Of a stretch of 64,000 bases of DNA, positions 1 to 9,516 are shown one piece after another. Position 1 is the first letter of the stretch. Every line of letters starts with the position of its first letter. A program made the translations under genes and the position numbers. Under the pieces are notes generated by a model that was not told where the DNA came from, did not search any database, and was given only the letters and a program-made list of their open reading frames with translations. The stretch is from Candidatus Eiseniibacteriota bacterium (GTDB lineage: Bacteria; Eisenbacteria; RBG-16-71-46; JABDJR01): assembly GCA_963762255.1 (NCBI GenBank), contig CAVXKA010000002.1, positions 1-64,000 on the forward strand. The letters run 5' to 3'.

Positions 1-93
1 CGGGGCTCCATGCCCGCCCAGATCGTCATGCCCCCGATGCCGCAATCTCCCGATTTCAAAAAAGAGAACGTCGGCGGAATGCATCACTTCTGA
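1..93 (+). CDS. possible 3' end of an upstream gene (partial)
   Basis: Frame 1 is open from the window edge to TGA at 91-93 (RGSMPAQIVMPPMPQSPDFKKENVGGMHHF) with C/G-ending codons. No recognisable motif. Confidence 0.3.
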   Translation, partial: RGSMPAQIVMPPMPQSPDFKKENVGGMHHF

Positions 94-131
94 AGCATCG
101 CGCCGACGTCCGGTTCGCGGAATCGTTTGCG

Positions 132-359
132 TTACATCCGGGCGACGTCAAAGAGCGGGCCATCCTCAACCGCCACCTGCTCGGCCAGCAGCAGCGCACG
201 CGTCTGCGCATCCAGCCCGATGGGGTGGAATTCCACCTCGTAGGCCGTCGTCGGCGCAAACCACGTGCTCCGAACCACGCCGACGTCGCCACGGTGCAGG
301 CAGAGTTCGGGAATGTCGGTTGTCAGACGCACGTAATCGTCAATTCGTGGGCTTCGCAT
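132..359 (-). CDS. DUF4926 domain-containing protein
   Basis: DYVRLTTDIPELCLHRGDVGVV...AYEVEF matches the DUF4926 pattern. GGAGG RBS lies upstream of ATG at 359. Confidence 0.8.
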   Translation of the reverse strand: MRSPRIDDYVRLTTDIPELCLHRGDVGVVRSTWFAPTTAYEVEFHPIGLDAQTRALLLAEQVAVEDGPLFDVARM

Positions 360-479
360 GTGCAATCCTCCGTGAATTGCTCACCGGCTGTCTCGCAGTC
401 CGTTGTCCTGGTTCGCGGGGCAACAGTCCGCCAGACTACGACGTTGAGAATTCATTTTCAAGGATAATCGCCAGACTTT

Positions 480-500
480 GCACAATTAAAATAATTGTGC
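480..500. promoter_or_regulatory. perfect inverted repeat, candidate transcription-factor operator
   Basis: GCACAATTA-AAA-TAATTGTGC (9-3-9) in the AT-rich spacer between the divergent DUF4926 and mutY genes. Confidence 0.45.
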
Positions 501-560
501 CTGTCGCGACATCCTTCCTTCTGTTCGTATTACCGCACCCGAGCGCTACAATCTGCCCGA

Positions 561-1628
561 ATGCTGGGAACTCTGCCTGACTTTCAACGCGCCCTTCTCG
601 GCTGGTACCGTCAACACCGTCGCGACCTCCCGTGGCGTACTCCCACTGGCGCTCCTGCCAGCGCCAGGCCCAACCCCTATTTCGTCCTGGTCTCCGAAAC
701 CATGCTCCAGCAGACCCAGGTCGCCACGGTCAAGCCATTCTTCTCTCGGTTTATCCAGCGTTTTCCGGACCTCGCCACCCTCGCCGCCGCCGATCCCCAA
801 GAGCTGCTGCGCCTTTGGCAAGGACTGGGCTATTATTCGCACGCGCGAAACTTACAGGCAACGGCGAAAATCGTAGTAAATCAGTACCATAAGCGGCTGC
901 CCTCATCCGTTCCAAAACTCCTCGCCCTCCCCGGCATCGGCCCCTACACCGCCGGCGCCATCGCCTCCCTGGCCTTCGGCCAACGCGCGGCCATCCTCGA
1001 CGGCAATGTCTCGCGCGTGCTCTGCCGCATCGACGCCATCGCGCAAGATCCGCGCTGCTCCACCGTGCGCAACTCCCTGTGGCAGCGGGCCTACCAGATT
1101 CTCCCCCGCCGCAACGTCGGCGAATTCAACTCGGCGCTGATGGACCTTGGTGCAACCGTTTGCACCCCGCGCTCACCCGCCTGCGATCTCTGCCCCGTTC
1201 AGAGTCACTGCACCGCGCGCACCGCCGGCATTCAAGCCGACCTCCCCCGCTCCGCCGCCCGCAAACACCGGCCGATTGAGCGGCGCTGCACAATCTGCAT
1301 TCGTTGCGCCCGGCGCTACCTCATTGAACAACGCCCGCCTCGGGGCCGCTGGGCATCGATGTGGCAGTTCCTGACCATCCCCGCCGAAAAGCCTTCTCGC
1401 GCAACTCTTGCGCGATCCCTCGGCCTGCCGCTCTCTTCGCTGCGGCATATCGGATCCATTCAGCACGAATTGACCCATCGTCGATACTTCTTCGAGGTCT
1501 ATCGCTGCTCGGCCAACTCCCCTCGCGACCTTGCGCCGCGGCGCTGGGTATCACTCGATCAGTTATCGGACTATCCCATGCCCGCGCCCCACGTTCGCAT
1601 TCGCCAACTCCTGTCTAACGGCGGATAA
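561..1628 (+). CDS. mutY: A/G-specific adenine glycosylase MutY
   Basis: RDLPWR, VSETMLQQTQV, GLGYY, HhH LPGIGPYTA, DGNVSRV, 4Fe-4S motif CTPRSPACDLCPVQSHC and a C-terminal NUDIX-like domain. Start placed at ATG 561, just after TACAAT. Confidence 0.95.
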   Translation: MLGTLPDFQRALLGWYRQHRRDLPWRTPTGAPASARPNPYFVLVSETMLQQTQVATVKPFFSRFIQRFPDLATLAAADPQELLRLWQGLGYYSHARNLQATAKIVVNQYHKRLPSSVPKLLALPGIGPYTAGAIASLAFGQRAAILDGNVSRVLCRIDAIAQDPRCSTVRNSLWQRAYQILPRRNVGEFNSALMDLGATVCTPRSPACDLCPVQSHCTARTAGIQADLPRSAARKHRPIERRCTICIRCARRYLIEQRPPRGRWASMWQFLTIPAEKPSRATLARSLGLPLSSLRHIGSIQHELTHRRYFFEVYRCSANSPRDLAPRRWVSLDQLSDYPMPAPHVRIRQLLSNGG

Positions 1629-1737
1629 CTCGCCTCCCCATATCCCCGCACAACTCCTTGTTTCCCCCATTTTGCCCGACTTGCGCACATATCGTATATC
1701 TCAGCGGTCGGAAGCTCATGCTGTGAGGTGAGCCATT

Positions 1738-2049
1738 ATGAACACGATGCAAAGAGGTTCGCTCGATAACGAAGTCGCCCAGTCCTCCCCACGGACCGTC
1801 ACCGTGCTGGTGTTCCTGGCGGCGTTCGCCATCACCGTCAGTTATCTGTCCGTCTACGCCGTCACCAATGCGCTGATCGCCGCAAATATGATGTCGGCCT
1901 GGCCGGTCGAAGCCGACCCCAGGCCTCACTGGATGCTGAACGCCTTCGCCGGTTTCTTCGGGGCTTTCGCCGTGATCGCCCTCTTCTTCCGCTGGACGAG
2001 CCACCGGCAACTCCGGCGGATCGACCAAATGGCCGATGCGGAAGATTGA
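1738..2049 (+). CDS. small two-TM membrane protein, unknown function
   Basis: GAGGTG RBS, two hydrophobic segments, good codon bias, followed by a terminator. Confidence 0.7.
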   Translation: MNTMQRGSLDNEVAQSSPRTVTVLVFLAAFAITVSYLSVYAVTNALIAANMMSAWPVEADPRPHWMLNAFAGFFGAFAVIALFFRWTSHRQLRRIDQMADAED

Positions 2050-2076
2050 ACTCCGGCCAGGGCGCACCTATACCCC

Positions 2077-2107
2077 GCACGGGCAACGCGTTGCCCGTGC
2101 TTTTTTT
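2077..2107 (+). terminator. Rho-independent terminator
   Basis: GCACGGGCAA-CGCG-TTGCCCGTGC followed by TTTTTTT. Confidence 0.85.
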
Positions 2108-2121
2108 CGCCACAATCGCCT

Positions 2122-2223
2122 TCAATGGAGCCGAAGGATCCCCACCAGCATCGCGGCCGCCGCCGCGAAAAACATCCCCAGCATGCCGATCTCCATCAAC
2201 GCTGGAAAGAGCCACTGCCGCAT
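2122..2223 (-). CDS. 33-aa single-TM small protein (below the ORF-track cutoff)
   Basis: MRQWLFPALMEIGMLGMFFAAAAAMLVGILRLH*, with AGGAGG a few nt upstream of the ATG. Fills an otherwise empty gap. Confidence 0.55.
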   Translation of the reverse strand: MRQWLFPALMEIGMLGMFFAAAAAMLVGILRLH

Positions 2224-2323
2224 CGGGAGCCTCCTGGAAGGAGGAATCTTTCGGCCGCAGCGTGAGCTTCGCGCAACAACAGCCTCCGTCTGATCGGCTT
2301 GGCTTCCCCTCCCTCTTGAAAAC

Positions 2324-3500
2324 TCATTTTTTCAGCCCCAGGATCAGCACCACCAGGTCCACGACAAACAGCAGCACGATGGTCACTTCCAGCACCATCA
2401 TCCACCGGTTATTGTGGTCCTGCTTCAGAAGCTGGTACAGGTCGTCCAGCGTCTTGAGCTTCTCGTCGATCGTCCGGTGCCAGTCGGCCAGGTGGAATCG
2501 CGCCGACATCGACTGGTAGATCCGCGCCAGAGTGCCAGTCGCCGAAAAACTTGGTGATGTTCGACAGCTCATCGCTCAGCCGCGCCAGGTCGATGCGGAT
2601 TTCGCGAGAGCTGCCGCATCACCGTGCGCCGTCGGCCGCATCCGGCTCGCCCCCACATCGCGATACGCCCACTCCACCGTCTCATCCAGCAGCCGGTCGT
2701 AGGCCTCCAGCTCGGCGAGCTGCAAGATTGGCCAGCTCCATGATGTACAGGGTTTCGTCGAAATTCTGCGGCGTCGTCGACGATCAGGGCCGCGTCCCAG
2801 TCGATCACCACCAGGTCGTGGTCGTAATAGCTCAGGTATCGCCCGGTCGATTCGCTGGCCTCCTGGTCCGACAGATGGTCGATCTCCGGCTCCTGCGTCA
2901 GCAACGCCGCCACCGCGCGGCGATGCTGCTGCAGCCACTCCTCGCTGCTCGGGATGCCGTCGCATCTGCCGTGGCCAGGGGCGAGTTGATGCAGAAGACG
3001 GTGTACGCCTCCTCATCCGCCAGCCGCTCCGACGGCCGGACGTAGAACGGCCGCAGCTCCCGACGCACATCCTCGGCCAACTGCCGCACCTCGTCGTAGA
3101 GCGAGCCCGTTGGAGAACTGCAGGTCGTGGTAGTCGACCAGGTCCTCGATCGAGCTCACCTCGAAGGGCACGCGGACTGGTGATCGATAGATCGCCCCCA
3201 CCGGCAGCAGCTTGACCGTCCGCTCCAGCCGCACCGGAGCCGTGCGGCCCGATCCGTTCCAGCGCCGGCAGTCGCACCATCTGCGGCCGATAGAAGAAGA
3301 GCTGCCGCGGGCTTGCGTTTGCTCGCATCCACCGAAAACTGCGCAATCGGCTGGCCCAGCAACTCCGTCACCGGCTTGCGGATCATCTCGTACGCCACGT
3401 CGAACGCGTAGATGTACACCACCTCGCCGACATATCGTTGTGGCGCAGCCTGTTCGCCCGGCCGAAGACTCGCTGGAACTGGTCCGATGGAGGAAGGCAT
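2324..3500 (-). CDS. RMD1/DUF155-family protein (multiple frameshifts, probably sequencing errors)
   Basis: Fragments across ORFs 3156..3653, 3013..3234, 2898..3089, 2569..2913, 2576..3346 and 2324..2572 join into one protein: YIYAFDVAYE, LVVIDWDAALIVD, QLAELEAYDRLLD, RFHLADWHRTIDEKLKTL, LEVTIVLLF plus a C-terminal TM. Confidence 0.75.
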
Positions 3501-3606
3501 CCGGCCGATTCTACGCGCAAATGCCCTGCGCGGTACAATCCGGCCGCACGTAAGGGTGTGCTTAAGCACACGCTGCAACCCATACGACCATTTCTCGGGT
3601 GCGATC

Positions 3607-5605
3607 ATGACAAGGCCAATGCTTTCCGCCCTGCTGATTGCCATCGCGTTCACTCCATCGCTTATGGCTCAGACAACTCGTCTTACCCAGCCACCCAATA
3701 CCTGGGTCAAGCGCTCTCCCATCAAAGGCGGCCCCATCTCGCCCGGCATGGGCTACGAAACCACCCTCGGCTACGACCTGGCCGCTCATCGCCTCATCCG
3801 CTGGTCCGGTCACAACCAGGGCGGCGGCGGCGAGCAGAACGCCGAAACGTGGGTCCTCGACCCGGCCACGCTCAAATGGGAGCTAAAGGAGCCCAACACC
3901 TCGCCCCCCGGCGTGTGCTGCGGCCAGCAGAACCTCTTCGATCCCATCGGCGGGCGGTTCCTGCGGTTTCCATCCTTCAGCGGCAGCCACGGCTGGCAGT
4001 GGTTCCGCGAAATCTACCTGAGCAACTCCGGCGTCTGGAGCTACGACCTGGCCACCAACACCTGGCGCAACCTGCGCCCCTGCCCTTCTCTCGCTCCAGC
4101 CCCCTGCGCAACGCAAGCTGGGACGATGAATACCAGGTGGCCGTGATTTTCGGCGGCGAAAGCAATTCCGAAGGCACGCGCATCTACGACCCCTACACCA
4201 ACACCTTCACCTGGCCCAAACCCAGGCCCCAGCCGGAGTTCCGCAGCGGTGGAAACATGGTCTACGACTCGGCCGCCAAGCTCCACATCCTCTTCGGCTC
4301 GCAGTTCAGCGATGACCCGCACACCTGGGCCTATGACATCCGCAAGAACGAGTGGCGCGACATGAAGCCGCCGGTTCAGCCCCCCACCGATCACAACGAC
4401 GCCGTGCTGGCCTATGACAGCGCCAGATCATATCACCATCGCCTTGGTTCGCGCGCTGGACACGGGCAAGCCCGATTCCGAAGGCGCAACCGGCCATCTG
4501 GAGACCTGGGCTTACGACGCGTCAAGGAACGAATGGCAGAAGATGGACCCGCCGGCCGAGCCTCCCGGTTTCGGCAGCCGCAGGCGGTGCATGATCTATC
4601 TGCCGGATCAGAATCTGGTCCTCCTCGAGAACCGCGGCGCGGCAGCGGAAACGCCGCAAAAGGAGAATGAGCAGCAGATCTGGACGTACCTTCCCCCTCT
4701 CCCTTCCAGGGAGAGGGATGGGGTGAGGGTGAAACCTTCCGAAGACCAGCCCGCGGGACTCGCAGAGTCGCCCAAGCCGCTTCGCACAGAACCCTCACCC
4801 CGACCCTCTCCCGGATACCGGGCGAGGGAGCAATCGTCCACCGCACGCCAGCCCCGCATCGTCGAGGACGCCATCGTGTCCGTCATCTCCACGAAAGAAG
4901 TCCGCCTCTCCTGGAAGCCTCCCGTCTGCGGCACGGCCGTCGGTTATCACATCGAGCGCGCCCCCGTCGAGGTCTACAGCGAAGATCAGGTCGCGCGTCT
5001 CACCAAGGAACTCGATCCCCTCCCCGAGCCCAGTGTCGGCGCGGTGAAGGCGATCGGCCAGTTCACTCGCATCACCGACAAGCCGCTCAAGGAAACGACC
5101 TACACCGATCCGGGCATCGACCTGACGAAGCCCCAGCTTCTCGAAAATCCCCAGCCCGTGAACACATTCCGCGGCGATCAGCTCAACGCCTCCGGCAAGC
5201 CCTATCGCTTCGCCGTCTTCGCCTATCGCATCCGCGCCGTCAACGCCCAGGGCGGCGAATCCGGCCCCAGCCCCTTCTTCCTCACCATCCCCTCATCCCC
5301 AAAACACGTCTTCTCCAAAGAAACCGGCCAGCGCTGCGACATCAAATGGGCCGCCAATCCCGAGCAGAAGCCTCAAAGGCTACCGCATCTACCGCATGAC
5401 AGGCGGCCAGCGCCTCGCCCGCGTCACTTCAGACCCCATTACAGAGACGACCTTCACTCACGCCGACGCCGGCCCGCGCACCGCCCGCTATCACGTCGTC
5501 GCCGTCGATGCCCTCGGCCAGGAAGGCATCCCCTCCGCCCCCGCCTGGGCCAACCGCGAATGGAAACGATACTACCTGCCCTTCACGGGCGAGTGGCACC
5601 AGTAA
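3607..5605 (+). CDS. secreted Kelch-like beta-propeller protein with C-terminal FN3-like domains (frameshifts near 4085, 4420, 5370)
   Basis: Signal peptide MTRPMLSALLIAIAF. Repeated TWxYD...NxW blades (VWSYDLATNTW, TWAYDIRKNEW, TWAYDASRNEW). FN3-like LSWKPP/YRIRAVN/YHVVAVD. Confidence 0.75.
4693..4830. repeat. inverted doublet of REP-like palindromic units inserted in frame in the Kelch gene
   Basis: CCCTCTCCC-TTCCA-GGGAGAGGG-ATGGGGTGAGGGT (about 4695-4730) and its inverse ACCCTCACCCC-GA-CCCTCTCCCGG-ATA-CCGGGCGAGGG (4791-4828). Confidence 0.75.
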
Positions 5606-5722
5606 CGGCAGACGCGTTTGGGGTCATCTTCAGGATGCCCAGCGTGATCTCTTTCGGGGCGGGATGGCGATGGTATATGGCACCTTTGTTCGTACGGAAT
5701 ATCACATTCTTTTGAATTCAGA

Positions 5723-5750
5723 TTGACACGCCATCCGCTGGGCGTAAATT
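5723..5750 (+). promoter_or_regulatory. sigma70-type promoter
   Basis: TTGACA-16 nt-TAAATT with an AT-rich upstream tract, ahead of the ORF at 5903. Confidence 0.5.
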
Positions 5751-5902
5751 AGAGATTGCGCAGCATCTCTCAACTGATGGGAAGTGATGCTGGTCGGGCG
5801 CGAGTATCTGTTGGTCATTCCGGGCTGAACAGCGGCAATCTCTCGAGAGTGCCATCGCACTGATGTCTCCCGATTCTGCCCTGCGAGCCTGGAGGAGGCA
5901 TC

Positions 5903-6165
5903 ATGCTTGCTCAGAGAATCGAGAGTTTGTCCTCACTTCGTGCGCACCGCACATGCGGGGACACTCGCCGCGCCGTGGTGCTGTTGGGCTTCGCGGTTCA
6001 GACCCATGCCCAGGACATTGCCCTGGCTGTGCCCGACTACCACTGGTGGTACGGCTGTACTCCAACGTCCGTCGGAATGATCATGGGGTGGTACGATCGG
6101 GTAGGTTCTGGCGGGATCGACTACAGACGCCTCGACTACAGCAGCCTCATCCCCGGAGGCGTGGC
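5903..6165 (+). CDS. N-terminal fragment of a secreted papain-like/C39-like Cys-peptidase-domain protein, truncated at the junction
   Basis: GGAGG RBS, signal peptide ending THA-QD, and VPDYHWWYGCTPTSVGMIMGWYD resembling a catalytic-Cys helix (GCxPxSxxMxxxYY/W). Confidence 0.55.
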
Positions 6166-9100
6166 GCTTGCGGCGCGGAAGACGACGATCGCCACGGGGG
6201 GCACGCAGCCGGAGCGCGTGCGCTTCGAGAACGTGCGCGGTACCTGGAGCTGGGTCGCCGATCAGCGCGGACGGCTCCGTCTCGACGCGTGCCTTCCAGT
6301 TCGACTTTGCGAGCGAGCGGCTGCCGCTGGCGTTGCTGGGACGATTGCTCGGCCGCGCGGATCTGGGGCCCGGCTTCATCGATCGCGTCAGCGGATCCGT
6401 GGTCGGCGAGGGCGATGCCATCACGTTCCAGGGGGAGGGTGCGGGCCGTTGGGGGCCGTGGTCGGTGGAAGAGGTGCACGGCGAGGGTGACGTGCGCGAC
6501 CACGTTCTTCGGCTGACCGGCGTGGCCGCTCATGACGGGGAAGTCGCGGTCGAGGACGTGGCGATCGTCGTTCCCTTGCGCGAGAGCGGACTCGAAATCC
6601 AGGGACGTTTCCGAAACGTCCGGCTCGATGCGCTGCCGATAGAGCCCGCGATCACCGTGCCCGGCACGCTGAGCGGAGAGGTTCACGCCGTGATGGTCGA
6701 TCGCATGGATTACAAGCGGGGTCTCACCGTCGAGGCGCGCCTCGACGCCGGAGATCTCTACGGCATCGTCTTCGAGAGGGCCGAACTCGACTCCACGGCC
6801 TCGGCGATGCGTGGACCGCGGACAGCGCGCGGGTCGATCTGGTGGAGCGTCGGTGGACGCGGAAGGGACTCGCGGGGCCGGATGCGCTCGATCTGCGCGT
6901 GCAGTATCGCGGCGACCTGCAACCGCTGCGACCCGTGTTCAAGAACGAGACGCTCGGCGGAGTCGCCGACCTCGACGCGGCCGTGACAGGGGACGTCGAA
7001 ACGCCCGGTGGCGCGGGTCAGGGACATGTCACCGATCTCGCCCTCGGCGACATGGTCGTCCCGCGGCTCGATCTCGTGCAGGCGGAGGGACCGCTGCTCG
7101 AGGAACGGAACTTTGTGCTCGATCTGGTGGCCGCCGAGGGCGTGAGGTTTCCAGGATTCGCCTTCGACCGCGCGCAGGCCGACGACGGTCGGCGAGAACG
7201 AGGCGGTCGTGACCGAGCTGGAGGCGGCGCGCGGCGATACCGTGCTGACGGCGACCGGGCGAGTGCGCTGGAGCCGTGGTCACCATCGACGTGGCGAGCG
7301 CGGAGGCTCGCTCGCAGGGGCGGCGACTGTGGATCGAAACGCCGGGCACGATCACCTGGGAGAACGACCGGCTGAGCGGAAGCCATCTCGTAATCCAGAC
7401 CGCACGAGGATCGGTGGAGGTGGCCGGGGTCTTATGACGTGAAGACACGGCGCGCCGACGCGAGCTTCGTCCTCAACCGGCTCGATCCCTCGGCGCTCTT
7501 CCGCCCGAAAGCCGCCGCGTTGCGGGTCGGATCGGCGAGCGGGACCGCCCGGATGAGCGGCGGTTTCCGGATGTGGATGGTCGCGGATCTCGATTCAGGC
7601 CGATCGAGTGGGACGGGGGGCGTCTCGACAGCGTGAGCGCGCGGGTCACCCTGCGAGGGCGCGAGGTCGGGATCGAAGAGCTTGAAGGCTGGGCGGAGGG
7701 GGGCACGATGGGTGTGCGCGGGAGCGTCCGGCTGCCGTTGTCGCTTCGCGCCACGTTGGAGTCGATCGCCGTCGGGCCGGAGTTCCACCCGGACAGCCTT
7801 GCCTTCGATCTCAACGGCTCGGTATCCAACGTTCAGCTCGGCCGGTGGCTCTCGTTCGTGCCGCGCACGAACCGTCCCCAGGGGCGCGTTGATGCGCAGA
7901 TCACGCTCTCCGGTACGGCGGCGGCGCCGCGCATCGTGCTGCGCGGGGAGGGGGTCGATCTCGGTTGGCGCGACTTCGCCGCCCAGGGACTCACCGCGGC
8001 GCTGGCGTTCGAAAACGGCACCGTCCACGTGGATACGCTCACGCTTCGCCAGGGAGGAAAGCGCACGGAGGTGCGCGGCACGGGGCCGCTGGATCTCACC
8101 CTCTACCCGTTCCGCTGGAGTCTCCCCGAGCGACCGCTGGACTTGCGCGTGGATGCGGAGGACGGAAGCCCCGACCTGCTGCGGTTGATTCCCTTCATCG
8201 GGGACGTCTCGGGATCGTTCAACGCCCGGGTCACCATGACCGGTACGCCGAAGCAACCGATCGTGGACGGCGACGCAAGCCTGGAGAAGGGTCGTATCTC
8301 GATCCGCGACCGGGACGAGATCGTGGAGAACATCACCGCGCGGGTGAGCATGGCTCACAACCTCCTCACCATCGATCACGCGACGGGCACGCTCGGCGGC
8401 GGCGCGGTGCGGGCGGAGGGCACGTACCGCCTGTGGGTCGCGGAGACCGAGGCCTACGCGCTTGTCCTCAGCGGCGACCGCGCCGTGGTGCGCGACGAGG
8501 GGCTCTACGCGGCACGCGTCTCCGGGACGCTGACGCTGCGGCCGTTGCGGGCCAAGGACGGCCGCATCTACCCCTATGCGGAGGGAACCTCTACGTGCAC
8601 CGCCTGGAGTACGCGGGATCCCTCGAGCCGCAGGATCTCGCGACCTTCAGACCGCAGCCGATCCTGTACCAGGTGAGCATCGAAGCCCCGTCACAAGTCC
8701 TGGTGCGCAACGAGCAGGTGGACGCGGAGCTGGGGGGCGAACTTCAGGTCCGCCAGGACGTGGACATGCGTTCGGTGCTGGGGGAGCTGGAGATCCTGCG
8801 CGGGCGCTATCAACTTTTCTTCGAGCAGTTCCGCATCACCGAGGGCACGATCACCTGGAGCGATCCCTACTCGGTCATCCCGGTGATGGACGTCACTGCG
8901 GAAGCAACGGTGCCCCCGTACGTGATCGTCGTGCGGCTCAATGGCCGCGCCGACGAGCCTGTGGTAGAGTCCTCCGCTCTCTTGCTGGATGGACGCGCGG
9001 ACGCCGGTCTCACCGAGAGCGAAGTGTTCCAGGTTCTGGCCGCGGGGAGCGTGGGATTGGGCGCGAGGACCGTGGGACTCGGGACGGGACAGAACGGCAG

Positions 9101-9473
9101 CGCCGCGGGTCCGACGTCGTCCGAAGCGCTTGTGACCGGCGTGGCCGCGGGGACGACCCTCCTCGGAGGGCGGATCGAACGCGAGGTGCTGCGGCGGGTC
9201 GGTCTGGTCGACGAGTTCAACATCGACAGCGGTTCGGGCGAGACGGGGAACTTCGCGCTCACCCTCGGGGTGCGCAAGTGGCTCACCCCGGCGCTTTCGG
9301 TGGCGTACCGGCAGGGGTTGAGCCAGAACTTCGAGCAGGACGTGGCGGTGGAGTACCGGCTCCGCCGGGCGATCTTCCTGCGCGCGGGCTACGCGCGGCG
9401 GCAGACCACGTCGCTGACGACGGGATTGGCCCAGGAGTACAACCTCGACCTGAAAGTGCGGCACGAGTACTGA
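6166..9473 (+). CDS. tamB: translocation/assembly module TamB (DUF490) family protein, 5'-truncated, several frameshifts
   Basis: Beta-taco repeats (ITLSGTAAAPRI, VTMTGTPKQPIVDG), VDAELGGELQV, GELEILRGRY, ITEGTITW, VRLNGRADEP, and C-terminal VEYRLRR...LDLKVRHEY. Pieces lie in ORFs 6168, 6842, 7209, 7573 and 7965. Confidence 0.85.
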
Positions 9474-9516
9474 TCCGGAGTCCCGGGCCGCGCACGACGA
9501 CCAAGGGGGATCCGGC

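Noticed and set aside
5678-5693. TGGCACCTTTGTTCG as a sigma54 promoter
   Set aside because: The -12 position reads CG rather than the invariant GC.
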